Below are positions 37,858 to 51,160 of a DNA stretch of 64,000 nucleotides, piece after piece. Each line of letters starts with the position of its first letter. Positions within the stretch are counted from its first letter, which is position 1. The notes beneath the pieces are model-generated. The model was not told where the DNA came from, made no database searches, and saw nothing but the letters and a program-made list of their open reading frames with translations. This DNA comes from the human T2T-CHM13v2.0 reference genome, Homo sapiens. The DNA lies in the NCBI RefSeq assembly GCF_009914755.1, contig NC_060936.1, one strand, 5' to 3'. The translations under genes were made by a program, and so were the position numbers.

Positions 37858-40800
37858 AGGGGAGGCCAGGTCCCCTTGAGGAAGGATTCCACTACATATG
37901 GACAATTTATGCAGTGAATCTTTCTCCCATTCTTCCCCAAGGAGACCTGTGGCCTTTTCCCAGGGTAACTGTGCTATGGAGAAAGGGAATTGATCAGACA
38001 TTTTGGGGACTACTGAACACTGGCTCTGAGCTGACATTGATTCCAGGGGACCCAAAATGTCGTTGCAGTCCTCCAGTTAAAGTAGAGGCTCATGGATGTC
38101 AGGTAATTAATGGAGTTTTAGCTCAGATCCAACTTACAGTGGGTCTGGTGGGTCCGGTGGGTCCAGTGGGTCCCTGGACTCATTCTTTGGTCATTTTCCC
38201 AGTAACAGAATGCATAATTGGCATAGACGTACTTAGCAGCTGACAGATCCCCCACATTGGCTCCCTGACTGGCAGGGTGAGGGCTATTATGCCTTCAGTG
38301 GCCTTGCCAGCTGAAGGCAAATTGCTTCTGGTGGGCCTTATGGACAGGAATGGTGCGAAAGGCCAACTGGGAGCCACTAGCGCTGCCTCAATCTAGAAAA
38401 ATAGTAAATCAAAAACAATATCACATCCCTGGAGGGATTCCGGAGATTAGTGCCACTATCAAAGACTTGAAAGATGCAGGGGTGGTGTTTCCCACCACAT
38501 CCCCATTCAACTCTCCTATTTGGCCTGTGCAGAAGACAGAGGGATCTTGGAGAATGACAGTGGATTATCATAAGCTTAACAAAGTGATGACTCCAGTTGC
38601 AGCTGCTGTACCAGATGTGGTTTCACTCCTTGAGCAAACTAACACATCTTCTGGTACCTGGTATGCAGCCATTTACTTGGCAAATGCCTTTTTCTTTATT
38701 CCTGTCCATATGGCCCACCAGAAGCAATTTGCCTTCAGCTGGCAAGGCCACTGAAGGCACAGCAATATACCTTTACTGTGCTACCTCAGGGGTATATGAA
38801 CTCTCTGGCTTTGCATCATAATCTTATTCAGAGAGACCTTGATCACTTTTTACTTCTGCAAGATACCACACTGGTCGATTACATTGATGATATTATGCTG
38901 ATTGGATCCAGTGAGCAAGAAGTAGCAATGCATTAAACTTACTGGTCAGACGTTTGCTGGCCAGAGGATGGGAAATAAATCTAACTAAAATTCGGTATAC
39001 TTCTATCAGTAAAACTTCTAGGGGTCCAGTGGTGTGGAGCCTATTAAGATATTCTTTCTAAGGTGAAGGATAAGTTACTGCATTTGGCCCCTCCTACAAC
39101 CAAGAAAGAGGCACAATGCCTAGCAGCCTATTTGGATTTTAGAGACAACACATTTCTCATTCAGGTGTGTTACTCTGGCCCATTTATCAAGTGACCTGAA
39201 AGGTTGCCAGTTTTGAGTGGGGTGCAGAATAGGAGAAAGCTCTGCAACAGGTTCAGGCTGCTGTACAAGCTTCTCTGCCACTTGGGCCATGTGACTCAGC
39301 AGATCCAATGCTGCTTCTGGTGTCAGTGGCAGAAAGAGATGCTGTTTGGAGCCTTTGGAGGCTGTCATAGGTGAATCACAGCAGAGGCCCCTAGGATTTT
39401 GGGGCAAGGCCCTGTCATCTTCTGCAGATAACTACTCTCCTTTTCAGAGATAGCTCTTAGCCTGTTACTGAGCTTTTGTGGAAACTGAACATTTGATTAT
39501 GGATCATCAAATCACCATGCGACCTAAACTTCCTATTATGAACTGGGTGCTTTCTGACCCATCTAGCCATGAATGACCCATGCACAACAGCATTCCATCA
39601 TTAAATGGAAGTGATATATATGTGATGGGGCTTGAGCAGGTCCTGAAGGCACAAAAAGTTACCTGAGGAAGTGGTTCTAACACCCATAGTATCCAGTCCT
39701 GCCACCCTGCCTTCTCTCCCTCAGCCTGCACTGAAGGCCTCATGGGGATTTCTCTATGATCATGGGGAGTTGACAGAAGAAAAGAAGACTAGGGCTTAGT
39801 TCACAGATGGTTCTGCACGATACGCAGGCACTATCCGAAAGTGGACAGCTGCAGCACTACAGCCCCATTCTATGACATCCCTGTAGGACAGCGGTGAAGG
39901 GAAATCTTTCCAGTGGGCAGAACTTCAAGCCATGCACCTGGGTGTACACTTTGCATGGAAGGAGAAATGGCCAGATATGTGATTATATACTGATTCATGG
40001 GCTGTAGCCAATGGTTTGGCTGAATGGTCAGAGATCTGGAAGAAGCATGATTGTAAAATTGGTGAGAAAGAAATTTGGGGAAGAGGTATGTGGATGGACC
40101 TCTCTGAGTAGTTGAAAACTGTGAAGTTATTTGTATCCCATGTGAGTGCTCACCAAGAGGTGATCTCAGCGGAGGAGCAGTTTAATAATCAACTGGATAG
40201 GATAACCCGTTCTGTGGACACCACTCAGTCTCTTTCCCCAGCCACGCCTGTCATTGCCCAATGGGCCGATGAACAAAGTGGCCATGGTAGCAGGGATAGA
40301 AGTTACACAGTAGCTCCGCAACATGGACTTCCACTCACCAAGGCTGACCTGGCTATGACCACTGCTGAGTGACCAATTTGCCAGCAGCACAGACCAACAC
40401 TGAGTCCTTGATATGGCACCATTCCTCAGGGTGATCAGCCAGCTACCTGGTGGCATGTTGATTATATTGGACCTCTTCCATCATGAAAAGGGCAGAGGTT
40501 TGTACTCACTGGAATAGACACTTACTCCAGATATGAGTTTGCCTATCCTGCATGCAATGCTTCTGCCAAGACTACCATCCGTGGACTCACAGAATGCCTT
40601 ACCTATAGTATTCCACACAGCATAGAAATTCTGACCAAGGCACTCACTTTATGGCTAAAGAAGTGCAGCACTGGGCTCATCCTCATGGTATTCACTGGTT
40701 TTACCATGTTCCCCACCATCTGGAAGCAGCTGGATTGACAGAACAGTGAAATGGCCTTTTGAAGTCACAATTACAACTCCAACTAGGTGACAATACTTTG

Positions 40801-41492
40801 CAGGTTTAGACAAAGTTCTCCAGAAGGCTGTGTATGCTCTGAATCAGCGTCCAGTATATGGTACTGTTTCTCCCATAGCCAGGATTTACAGGTCCAGTAA
40901 TCAAGGGGTGGAAGTGGAAGTGGCACCACTCACTATCACCCCTAGTGATCCACTAGCAAAATTTTTACTTCCTATTCCTGTGACATTACATTCTGCTGGC
41001 CTAGAGGTCTTAGTTCCAGAGTGAGGAATGCTGCCACCAGGAGACACAACAATTATTCCATAAAACTGGAAGTTAAGATTGCCACCTGGACACTTTGGGC
41101 TCCTCCTACCTTTAAGTCAACAGGCTAAGAAGTGAGTTACAGTGTTGGCTGGGGTGACTGACCCCTGACTATCAAGATGAAATCAGTCTACTACTCCACA
41201 ATGGAGGTAAGGAAGAGTATGCATGGAATACAAAGATCCATTAGGGTGTCTCTTAGTATTACCATGCCCTGTGATTAAGGTCAATGGGAAACTACAACAG
41301 CCCAATCCAGGCAGGACTACAAATGGCCCAGGCTCTTCAGGAATGAAGGTTTGGGTTACTCCACCAGGAAAAAAAACACAACCTGCTGAGGTGCTTGCTG
41401 AAGGCAAAGGGCATACAGAATGGGTAGTTGAAGAAGGTAGTCATCAATACCAGCTACAACCATGTGACCAGCTGCAGAAACAAGGACTGTAA
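37854..41492 (+). pseudogene. pol: HERV-L pro-pol (protease, RT, RNase H, integrase) plus dUTPase, disrupted
   Basis: LLNTGSEL (degenerate DTG); [23 protein letters not shown]; LANAFF; YIDD at ~38880; FTDGS (RNase H); dUTPase-like WKLRLPPGHFGLL at ~41067. Many stops. Confidence 0.9.
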
Positions 41493-41796
41493 TTGTCATG
41501 AGTATTTCCTCCTTCTTTTGTTAAAGATGTGTTTGTGCATGTATACACTTGTACTAAGATATTCATTTTATTTCCTTTTCCTTTATCATGTGACATAAGA
41601 TTTATTGACTTCATATCAGCATTTAAGTATTTTTAACTTTATGTAATAGTATTTGGGTTGGGGATTGGTGAGTTTCAGGTTGTACGAAGGATAGGTATTA
41701 CGTTAGGTATAATTATGACTTTATTATTGTCTTTATTTGAAGATTATTTATGATCTCAGGAGATATGTATTTGTTCAAATTCACAAGAGATGGACT

Positions 41797-42276
41797 TGTG
41801 ATGATTAATACTGAGTACCAACTTGATTGGATTGAAGGATACAAAGTGTTGATCCTGGGTGTGTCTGTGAGGGTGTTGCCAGAAGGTATTAACATTTGAT
41901 TCAGTGGGCTGAGGAAGGCAGATCCACCCTTAATCTGGTGAGCATGATCTAATCAGCTGGCAGCAAATATAAAACAGGCAGAAAAACCTGAAAAGGAGAG
42001 ATGGGCTTAGCCTCTCCAGCCTACATCTTTCTCTCATGCTGGATGCTTCCTCCCCTCAAACATTGGACTCCAAGTTCCTCAGTTTTGGGACTGGAACTGG
42101 CTCTCTCTGCTCCTCAGCTTGCAGACAGCCTATTGTGGGACCTTGTGATCATGTAAGTTAATACTTAATAAACTCCTCTATATATATGTATGTAAGATAT
42201 ATACGATAACTAATAGGATATATATACATATATACATATATATCCTATTAGTTCTGTCCAAGAGAACCCTAATACA
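41797..42276 (+). mobile_element. HERV-L 3' LTR (MLT2A1-like)
   Basis: tgtgatgattaatactgagt...gagaaccctaataca, after the PPT-like caagagatggact. Confidence 0.9.
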
Positions 42277-43329
42277 ACAGTGATACTTTCAAACTGAACC
42301 GCACAATTAATCAGCAGATCGAATTGATGTTTGCAGAATACCTCATCCAATAACAGCAGCATATACATTTTTCTCAAGCTTATATGGAATATTAACCGAG
42401 ATAAATACACTTGAACAAATGTAAAAAATAGAAATAAAAAGTATGTACCAGACCACACTAGAATTAAACTAGAAATTATAGGTGACTGGAAATAGCTGAA
42501 AAATTTAGAAATATTTAGAGATTAAACAATGTATTTCTAAATACAACATAATGCAAAGAAGATAGTGCCAGAGATGTTAAAAAATATTTTGAACTAATAT
42601 GAAAATGAAAATAAAACAACATTTGTGGGATGCCACAGAAACAGTGCTTAGAGGCAAATTAATAGCACTGAATACATACAAAGGTCTAAGATAAATGACC
42701 CAAGTTTCCATCTTATGAAACTAAAGAAAGAAGACCTGTTTAAACAGAAGGGAAAAAGTAATAATTAGAGCAGAAATCAATGAAATAAAAAAATAAGAAA
42801 TCAAGAGAGAAAATTAACAAATTGAACAGCTGGTTCTTTGAAAAGATCAATAAAATAGATAAACCTTTAGCCAGGTTAACTAAGAAAAAATAAATAGGAT
42901 AAAAATTTCTAATACCAAAAATGAAGAAGGAATCATCGCTACTGATATTACAGACATTAAAATAGTAATAAATAATATTATGAACAACTTTAAGCTGTTC
43001 AAATGTTGCAGCCATGTTTATAAATACTCACCTTGGCCAAGATTGATTGGTCTGGTATAAGCCAATACACAGAAAATATTTATTGAGCATTTATTGTATA
43101 ATAATTTACCCTAGCTTCTGAGGATCCAACAGCAAGCAAAACACAAAAAAGTTCTATCCTACACTAAGCTTACATTTACTTATTGCCTAAGTAAATAATT
43201 TTAGAGGTAATGAGAATTCAGAATTTTTTTCCTTGCTTCTGCCTGTGATTCTTAATTCTGTGATTTAATCTTAAAAACAAAAAATACTAAATCAGTGAAA
43301 TCATAGTTTTTGTTCAAAGATTTTTGACT

Positions 43330-43820
43330 TTCCATCACACTCCGAATACAAGTCCTTGCTGTTAAAGTGTCCCTATTTGCTGTAACCCTGCCTCCCCATA
43401 TTTCCATGACTCTACTTTTGCCACCTTTCTACTTACTTACTCTGCTTTTGAGTTTCATGGATAGTCTTGTTGTTTAGTTTACCTAAAATACTCTTCAGTG
43501 AAATAGCTGCATGGCTTGTTTCGTCCCTCCTGTTAAGTCTCTGCTCAAATACATCTTTATTGTTGAAATCTTTCATGACCACCCTGTACAAAATAAGTCT
43601 TTCATTATTGTTCTTATCCTGCTTTAATTATATTCATAGAAGTGGTCCCCAATGGATATAATATATAAACTATACTTTATCATCTATCTACACTCACACA
43701 TGCCACTAGGAGATAAGCTGCATGAGAGCGAAATGTTTGTTCAGTTCATCGCCTCACCAACATTTGGAACAATGTCTGATACATAGAAGGTACTCAGTAG
43801 CAATTTATTAAATGAATAGA
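43330..43820 (+). mobile_element. L2 3'-end fragment
   Basis: gataagctgcatgag...tgtctgatacatagaaggtactcagtagcaatttattaaatgaat, an L2a-like terminus. Confidence 0.6.
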
Positions 43821-44369
43821 TTCCCGATTTAAAAATATGTATATATTTTTCTATATTTGAAATTTTCAAACATATAATCATAAGAAACAATCTGGAGAAT
43901 TATAAAACATTCATATTTCAATTTCAATATTCTTTCAGCTTTTCTATGCTACTAAAAGATGACAAGTACTTCTAGCATCTTTACATACAGATATTAAGGG
44001 GAGAAAGGAATGGTTCTGAAGTACAAAGTGAGGAAAATAGATATATTAGGATTCAGGGGTAAGGAGTATCTGGAGAAACAGAAAAACATAGGCAGGTAAT
44101 CACAGTCTTAGAGATAGTCTAGAACTGAGCAAAGTGCCTGGAGGATGGAGGGTGCAAAGGCAGGTGGACAACAAAAAATGCGAAAAAGAAAGTGGCCAAA
44201 TACATTTTACATTATACTTCAATGTAAAACTTCTCCACTGGTTGAGAACTTCAATGAAATATTCAACGAACAGTGACTATAAAAAAACTCAAGAAAAGGG
44301 GGTCTATTTCACATCTGAGTTTCAAAACATAGAAAGAAGTTAGTGAACAGAGGCATGATTGAGACTGGT

Positions 44370-44734
44370 TGCTGAGGACCAATTGTGTTCTCACCAAATT
44401 TATATGTTGAGATCCTAACCCACAATGTAACAGTATGAGGAGGTAAGGCCTTGGGGAGGTGATTAGTTTGTGACGGTGGAGCCCTCATGAATGGGATTTG
44501 TGCCCTTTTTATAAAAAAGACCCCAGGGAATTCTTTCTCCTTTTCTACCATGTGAGGACACAGCCAGAAGATGGCTATCTATGAACCAGAAAGTGGGCCC
44601 TCACCAGATACCAAATCTTCCAGTGCCTTGATTGATCTTACACTTGCCAGTCTCCAGAGTTGCGAGAAAAAAATGTTTGTTGTTTCTGTTACCCAGTGTA
44701 TGGTATTTTCATTATAGCAGCCTGAACTAAGACA
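44370..44734 (+). mobile_element. MLT1A0-like solo LTR
   Basis: 365 bp TG...CA (tgctgagg...gcagcctgaactaagaca), containing ggagccctcatgaatgggatt; near-TSD CTGGT / CTGGG. Confidence 0.82.
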
Positions 44735-47631
44735 CTGGGAATCATTGAAAGCAGAAACTTCAGACAGGACACTGGGTTTCAAAATATGGATCACTGTTAT
44801 CAGTTCTGATTTGATGAGAAAAGGAGAACTATGAGAAACAAAATGGATATATTATAAAGTTTAAACCTTACATGATCTTGGGTGCTGGTTAGGCCTTCTA
44901 TGTAAGTCTTCTTCCCCTATGTCAGATGATGGTCCTGAAGCTAGAAAGGAAAAATAGAAATAAAGTGAGAGAGAAGAAAGACAAAGTAGAGTATTTGAGA
45001 ATGAGCTGAAACCCATGAGGATAAACTGAAATTTGTCCATCACATAAAGCTATATTAGTCTCTCATTGTCTCCAGCCTACAATTTTGTTTGTATGGGGGG
45101 CCTGCAGTATAGCTGAGGTATTTCTCTACAGAGTTTCATGTAAGTGTGGTCTAGGATCCAGGGAAACTGAAGAAAGAGATCAAATGGAAGCTGAAGGAGC
45201 TCTGGGTCTGGCTGCAGTCCCAAGGAGATCTGGCAGAATCTAAAGCTGTTGTGGGCTAGCTACTGCCTCTAGCCAATGACGTGAGCCAGTAGATCCACAT
45301 TAAAATATGTGACTTGTAAGAGCATCTCACTCTAGTCTGATTTTCCAAGCATAAACAAGACTGCCGCTTAACTCCTTTCTTCCAAATCTTGTTAACATAT
45401 CTATTGTGGAAATCCGTAACTTAGAATCACGTAAGAAAGCAAATTGTGAAAATGTGGTTCCAAATTTGTGATTTTAACAAAATATAAATGCAGTCTGTAA
45501 CTGATATGTATTGCTGTGTGAAAAGCACAGAGTAGTGTAAACAATAGTGTAAAACGACACCTTTATTTATGATTATCTTTCAAAGTTCTAGAGATTGGCC
45601 TTGGCTGGGTGGTTCTTGCTCCGGGTTTCTCATGTGGTTGCAGATAATGAGTAACATCATTCTAAGGAGTTCTCTCACATGTCTGATAGATAATGATGTC
45701 AGTCACCTGGATTCCATTTGCTGCTTTGGGCTGAAACACAACTCAGTTGCCTGGATTTCATCACAGCTCATGGTTGGTTTCCAGGACAAGCATCTGAAAG
45801 CCAAACAGAAGCTGTTTCACCTTTTATGACATAACATTTGGAGTCATGCATTGTTACCTCTGTCACATTAATAAATGTATTAGTCAGGGTTCAGTTAGAG
45901 AAACAGGACTCGTAAGGAATGTATACCTTGAAAGGAATTCACTTATTTTGGAGGCTGGTTAGGCAAGTTTCACAACCATAAGGTACGCCATCAGCAGCAA
46001 CAACTTGGAACTCTTGGATATGACTGAAGCTGCTGTCTATAGGCACACATTTTTCAGAAAATCCCTGTTCTGCTCCTAATCTGGAGATCATCAAATTCCA
46101 CAGAATGGTTGCTATATGAAAATGACAGTCACTGCTTCAGTCACATCCACTTTGAAATCTAAGTTCATGCTGACAGCCTTTAACCAGCTCATTGATACAC
46201 TGATACTACTACTCCAAGTTAATGAGCCACTCAAGATGAGAATAGAAGGAAAAAGTCAGGGCTTGCAAATGAGTTTAGTCGGCTTATCCTATAGATAAGA
46301 GCCTTGATGTGGTAGCTCTTAGGCTGCATCACACTGATTTGGAAGGCTTAGAAAATGCCATGCCCATTTGCAGATCACTAGATAAATAGCTTGATGAGAA
46401 AGTCTTGCAACACTGATAGAATCAGATATATTACCCATGTGTTTTTGTTTTTGTTTGGTTTTGCCTAAACATCTGTCTGTCACACATGATTTTCCTCTTC
46501 TGTGTTCTCACAATAATTTAAAAACAATATTTATAAAGATAAATCTAATTTAAAAATTAAATAGATTCAAAACATTTAAATTAAGCAAAAATGCTGACTC
46601 TATGTGGAACAAATTAAATGGAGTCTCAATTGCTATATTACTGATATCTTTAAACTTTCTTCTCTTGCTTATTTAACATAAACAAATAAGAAACTGATAT
46701 ATTTAAGCTCTCTTTCACTGCTGATCACCAGCTTTAGAGTCTATTCTCAGAACTTTAGATCACAAATGGTGAGATCCATGACTATGTATAAAAACAAGCT
46801 GGAAGCAGTTTCAACCTTTGGCATTCTGAGAGTTTCTTCCAGAGAGTGCTTATCCCAGCAAAAGCTAGTGAAAATATACGTCTAAATGCACAGTACCCTG
46901 TCATGTCTTTGACTTTACTGCTAAGACTTCAAAAAGAACTTTTCAAACTTTTTTTTTCAGGGACTTCACTACTCATGAAAGAATCTTTCCTTTGTTAAAG
47001 AGAGATCCACTAATTTAGGAAATTAAGCCTAAGACGTTCAACTATGCAGTATTATTAGTGACAACATAAGATGTTAAATCGCGTAGAATTCCACATTATA
47101 GTGTGAGTTTCAAGCCTCCATTGAATACTCAACTGACCAGGAAATAAGAGGAAATAGTTTATGTAAGAATTCATTGTAACATGAATGAGTTATTTCTGCT
47201 TTTAACTTACTGAAAATCTACTTGAAACACAAGGAATATATGTAAACTACTAACAGATTTATCAAGGGAGTCTATCATTGGCACAGTCTATTTTAAGGAA
47301 ATTCAAGTTCACAAGGCATGAAAGACAAGTCTCACTGTTTCCTGCTAGTCAGACCACTTGCTACCATGAAAACATCATATTTTAAGAGTGACATATGTAC
47401 ACGTGAGTTGTTGGAAGTTTTCCTGGAATCATATGCTATGGAGAAAAAAAAAATCACGATTCTAGTGTGGTTACAGTCCTTTAAAAATTCTTAGAGAATA
47501 CATGACAACTTTTTCTTCAATATATGAAGATTAGTCACAGAAAAGGGGGAGAAGACACTGTGAAAGTAAATCTGTAGCAGAAAAGTAAATATTACAGAAA
47601 AGATAGTTTTGTTCACTATAAGAAATAGCAT

Positions 47632-47765
47632 AGCATTTGGAGATATACCTAATGTTAAACGACGAGTTACTGGGTGCAGCACACCAACATGGCACATGTA
47701 TACATATGTAACTAACCTGCACGTTGTGCACATGTACCCTAAAACTTATAGTAAAAAAAAAAAAA
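47632..47765 (+). mobile_element. Severely 5'-truncated primate L1PA 3' end (~135 bp)
   Basis: ggagatatacctaatg...gggtgcagcacaccaacatggcacatgtatac...gtaccctaaaactt plus poly(A). TSD AAGAAATAGCAT at 47620-47631 and 47766-47777. Confidence 0.92.
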
Positions 47766-48522
47766 AAGAAATAGCATTTAGACCTGTCCAATCGTGGATA
47801 AATTTCCACAGGAGGTATTGAAGCTCGTTATTTTTCGTTCTACTTCCAGTTTTTATTAATAGGGACAAACATTCACCATTTCAGCAACTCTGCATCCATT
47901 AGCAAGTAATTTTATAATGTCATTTGGCTTAATAAGAAATGCATTCACAAAGGTCCTTTTAAAAGACAAGCTATTTGTAAATCAAGGCACATCTCTAGTT
48001 ATTTTCTTATGATTGGAAATATTAAAGCTGGATATCAATTGCTAGTTAACAACTAGAGGGGATTTTTGTGCTTGATGGAATGTTGACCTCTATGTTCCTA
48101 AGTATTCTTTTGTAATGATAAGATTGTTAATAGCTTAATAAAGACCACCAAAATAGAATTCAAAAGAGTTTGGATTTACTGTTGCTTTTTCCTCATTTGA
48201 TCATGGAAAATTATTTAGCCTCTCTCTTTTTCACGCTTAGAGCATTATTGTGCTATAAGTCAGCAAGATAAAAGATGGCATAATGCATGAAATAGTTTAT
48301 GATAGTCTAGTATGCATGAAATATCATACTCTCTGGAGTTCTCTGATGTGGTGGATTTCAGGCGGAATTTGAAGAATGAGTAAGCTTTAATTTTGAAGAG
48401 ATTTCATTCTAAAAGGGGAGTAAAGACAAAGGCAGATTACTATGATTTGGAAATACTTTTTAAAAATTTCCAATGGGCTATTCCGGGCAAATGGAAGGTA
48501 GGATGAACCTACCCTATATGGC

Positions 48523-48742
48523 ATCAGTCAGTAAACTAGAATCAGTGGACCAACTCTGGCCTGTTTTGGTAAATAAAAGGTTATTGGATCCCAGACTTGC
48601 TATTTCTTTACATATATTTATAGCTGCTTTTCTGAGACAAACTGGAGAGTTTAGTACTTGTGACTCTCTAGAGACTGAGTGGCCAGCAAAATTCTAAAAT
48701 ATTTGCTATCTACCCCTTTAAGGAAAAGTTTGCTTACTCCTG
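48523..48742 (+). mobile_element. MER58A-like hAT-Charlie MITE
   Basis: cctgttttggtaaataaaaggttattgg...aaaatatttgctatct...aaaagtttgcttactcctg. Confidence 0.7.
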
Positions 48743-50986
48743 CTTTAAGGAATCTTTGTGTGTCCTTAGAAAAGAAAAAGAGAAATACCTTGCCTGTGAG
48801 AAATTCCCAGAGGATTTTCTCTGCAGCAGCGATTCTTTGTTCTTTATTATTTTGGCAATAATTCATATGATAGATTTTAGAATATAAAAGACAATAATGG
48901 TTTAGTGGAAAAGCAGGAAGATCCCAGTATTTCACAGCAGCTAAATTTCTGTCTCAGCAACAAGAAGAAGGTTGATTTACAATTTATTTAAATGACAGTA
49001 ATCATGATACTTGCAATATATGACATTTTGTGTAACTTCAAGTATTATTTCATCTTTAGTATTAAACAATAAACCTTGATATTGCTTAGGATTAGGAGCA
49101 GAGTTAACTACGTAAGTACTCATGCTATATACGTGGTAGAAGATATATTAGAAAGTCTTCATTCTTCTTCAGTACCTCATTTTTCCTTTATTCATCTACT
49201 CATTTATTTCCTCTTGCCCCAAAAGGCAATTCACTTCAAAAAGCTATATTACTGAAAAATATGATGGAAGACATAAGTCACATAAATTAGATAATTCAAA
49301 GATAAGGCTGTTTCTAGCTCACCACTAATTTTCCTTTGATTTGTGCTTTTTTCCTTTTTACATAGAAGTCTGCATGTGTTTTGCCATAAGTCAGCTTAAC
49401 TTCACACCTGATGATTAGTTCCACGTGACTGGTGAAAAGTATTGCTATACATAAAACATACCTGGTTTCAGACCCTATCAGCCTGTAAGCACAATGATTA
49501 TTTACTATATCAATGTGATTCTAAAATTGCTTTTTAAGACTTTTGTTATTTAGTGCTGACATAAAAATTTTTGAAGCAGTTGGGCTTTCATTGAAATTGC
49601 TTGAGAATCATGAGTAAATCTTTTCACAAAAATACTGAGAGCAAGTAGAGAAAACACTGGCTGTATTGCCTGGAGGTAAGAGTACAACACTATTTTTTTT
49701 TCTCTCTCTCTCTCTCCGGTGCTTAGTTAAGAAGCTTTAAGGCTTTGCATGGTCCTTGGGTGGGACTTGGAATAAGTCAAACAGAAGCTTAATTCCTGCT
49801 TCTTTTTGACAATGATTTTCTCAAGCTCTGTACTTCAGTTTTCACATCTGCAAAATTAGGCTAAAAATTTCTCTCAAAAAGTTGCTATGCTTTAAGTTTA
49901 AGAAAACACATAATAGGCACGCTGTCATATACACAAGCATTTTCTACATCAATGTTATAGACCCTATTTCTTACTGTTTAACAATATACTTAGATTAACA
50001 TCCGTATATTTAATAAAACAAAATTTTAATTGAAGGGAAGAAAATTAGGCAAATTATTTACCATGACCAAATTTGTCCATAATTACAGTTTACTCATTTG
50101 TAACTTACCCAAATATCATTCTTTTATATATAACACAAATTAGTACATATCATTGATATTCTTTCTCTGATAATGTCTACTGCTGTAGAGAAAAGACTTC
50201 ATTAAATATTGTCAAAATCCTGCTATTTTCACATAGTCCTTAATGCTTTTGAATCCTGGGAAAGTGGTATTGATTATCATCTTACTTAGTGTCACATCTT
50301 CCAGAATTTTTATGGGAGTGGTGACAATTGCCACTGCCCACAAAGTGGCTATGAATGAAGATTAAACAGCTGCTTTGATTCTAGATTGTTATCACCCAAA
50401 TTGAAATGTCATAACACATTGTATAGAGAAGGCAAGCAGCTTACTGAGGAGGAAATCTCCTAATATTGACATCCTACCTATTTATCTAAATCAATTCTAA
50501 AGACAAAAATATCAAATCAATGTTAATCAAATGGAATGCAAGCTGACCCTGAGTATAAGGGGGAGGAAATGTTACTCAAAACATGTGACCAGCTAGTTTT
50601 TATATCCTTTTACTTTTCTTCTTTTAAAAATATATAAAAATAAAATAACTACAAAATTACACATACATGATTGTCTGCTTCAATGATGTAGTTACCGTCT
50701 GTTTTTAGGAAGAAAGTTTCTTCTCCAGAAGCTGTACCATTGATGTATATTGTACAGTTGGGAGAAGCAATTCAAAGAACTAAGGAGGGAGTAAACTTCC
50801 AATAAGTTCCTTTGCAAGATATTTCAGGGATGCTAACAATGAACCCAACTGAGGATCTGTGGTTCTTCCTTCTGGGATTTTTTTTTTTTTTTTGGAAGTT
50901 GCTGGGTTTCTTTTAAATACTCTTAAACAAAAGGGAAGGGTGTATAATTGGAAACAATGGCTCTGAACCAGATCACAATATCTGGT

Positions 50987-50989
<3 letters not shown>

Positions 50990-51034
<45 letters not shown>

Positions 51035-51160
51035 TGTAGAGACAGAGACAGGATCTTGCTATGTTGCTCAAGCTAGTCTCGAACTCTGGGCCTCAAGCAA
51101 TCCTCCCACCTCAGCCTCCCAAATTGCTGGAATTACAGGTGTGAGCTACCACACCTGACC
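50990..51160 (-). mobile_element. FLAM_C/AluJ left monomer with a (TG)n tract at the tail position (50990-51032)
   Basis: Antisense monomer gagacaggatcttgctatgttgc...ctcaagcaatcctcccacctcagcc...acacctgacc. Confidence 0.8.

Larger units (their letters stand above)
35622..42276 (+). mobile_element. Full-length decayed HERV-L provirus (gag-pol-dUTPase, no env)
   Basis: Two MLT2A-type LTRs, PBS tggtaccaggagtgg, and gag/pol remnants over ~6.65 kb. The host L1 continues on both sides; no clear TSD. Confidence 0.94.
34170..43000 (+). mobile_element. Old L1M (L1MC/MD-like) pieces (~34170-34795, ~35281-35621, ~42277-43000) hosting a retrocopy and HERV-L
   Basis: L1M 5'-region-like sequence, then the ORF2 endonuclease motif GDFNT (ggagatttcaacaca, ~35566), continuing after HERV-L with gaccacac, tggttctttgaaaagatcaataaaatagataaacctttagccag. 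Confidence 0.75.

Noticed and set aside
35617-42281. 5-bp TSD for HERV-L
   Set aside because: The flanks TCAAG and ACAGT do not match well enough to call, although the host L1 appears continuous.
45100-46100. Additional old MaLR/ERVL LTR fragments (also ~57020-57350 and ~57800-58700)
   Set aside because: LTR-like motifs are visible, but family and boundaries could not be supported by eye.
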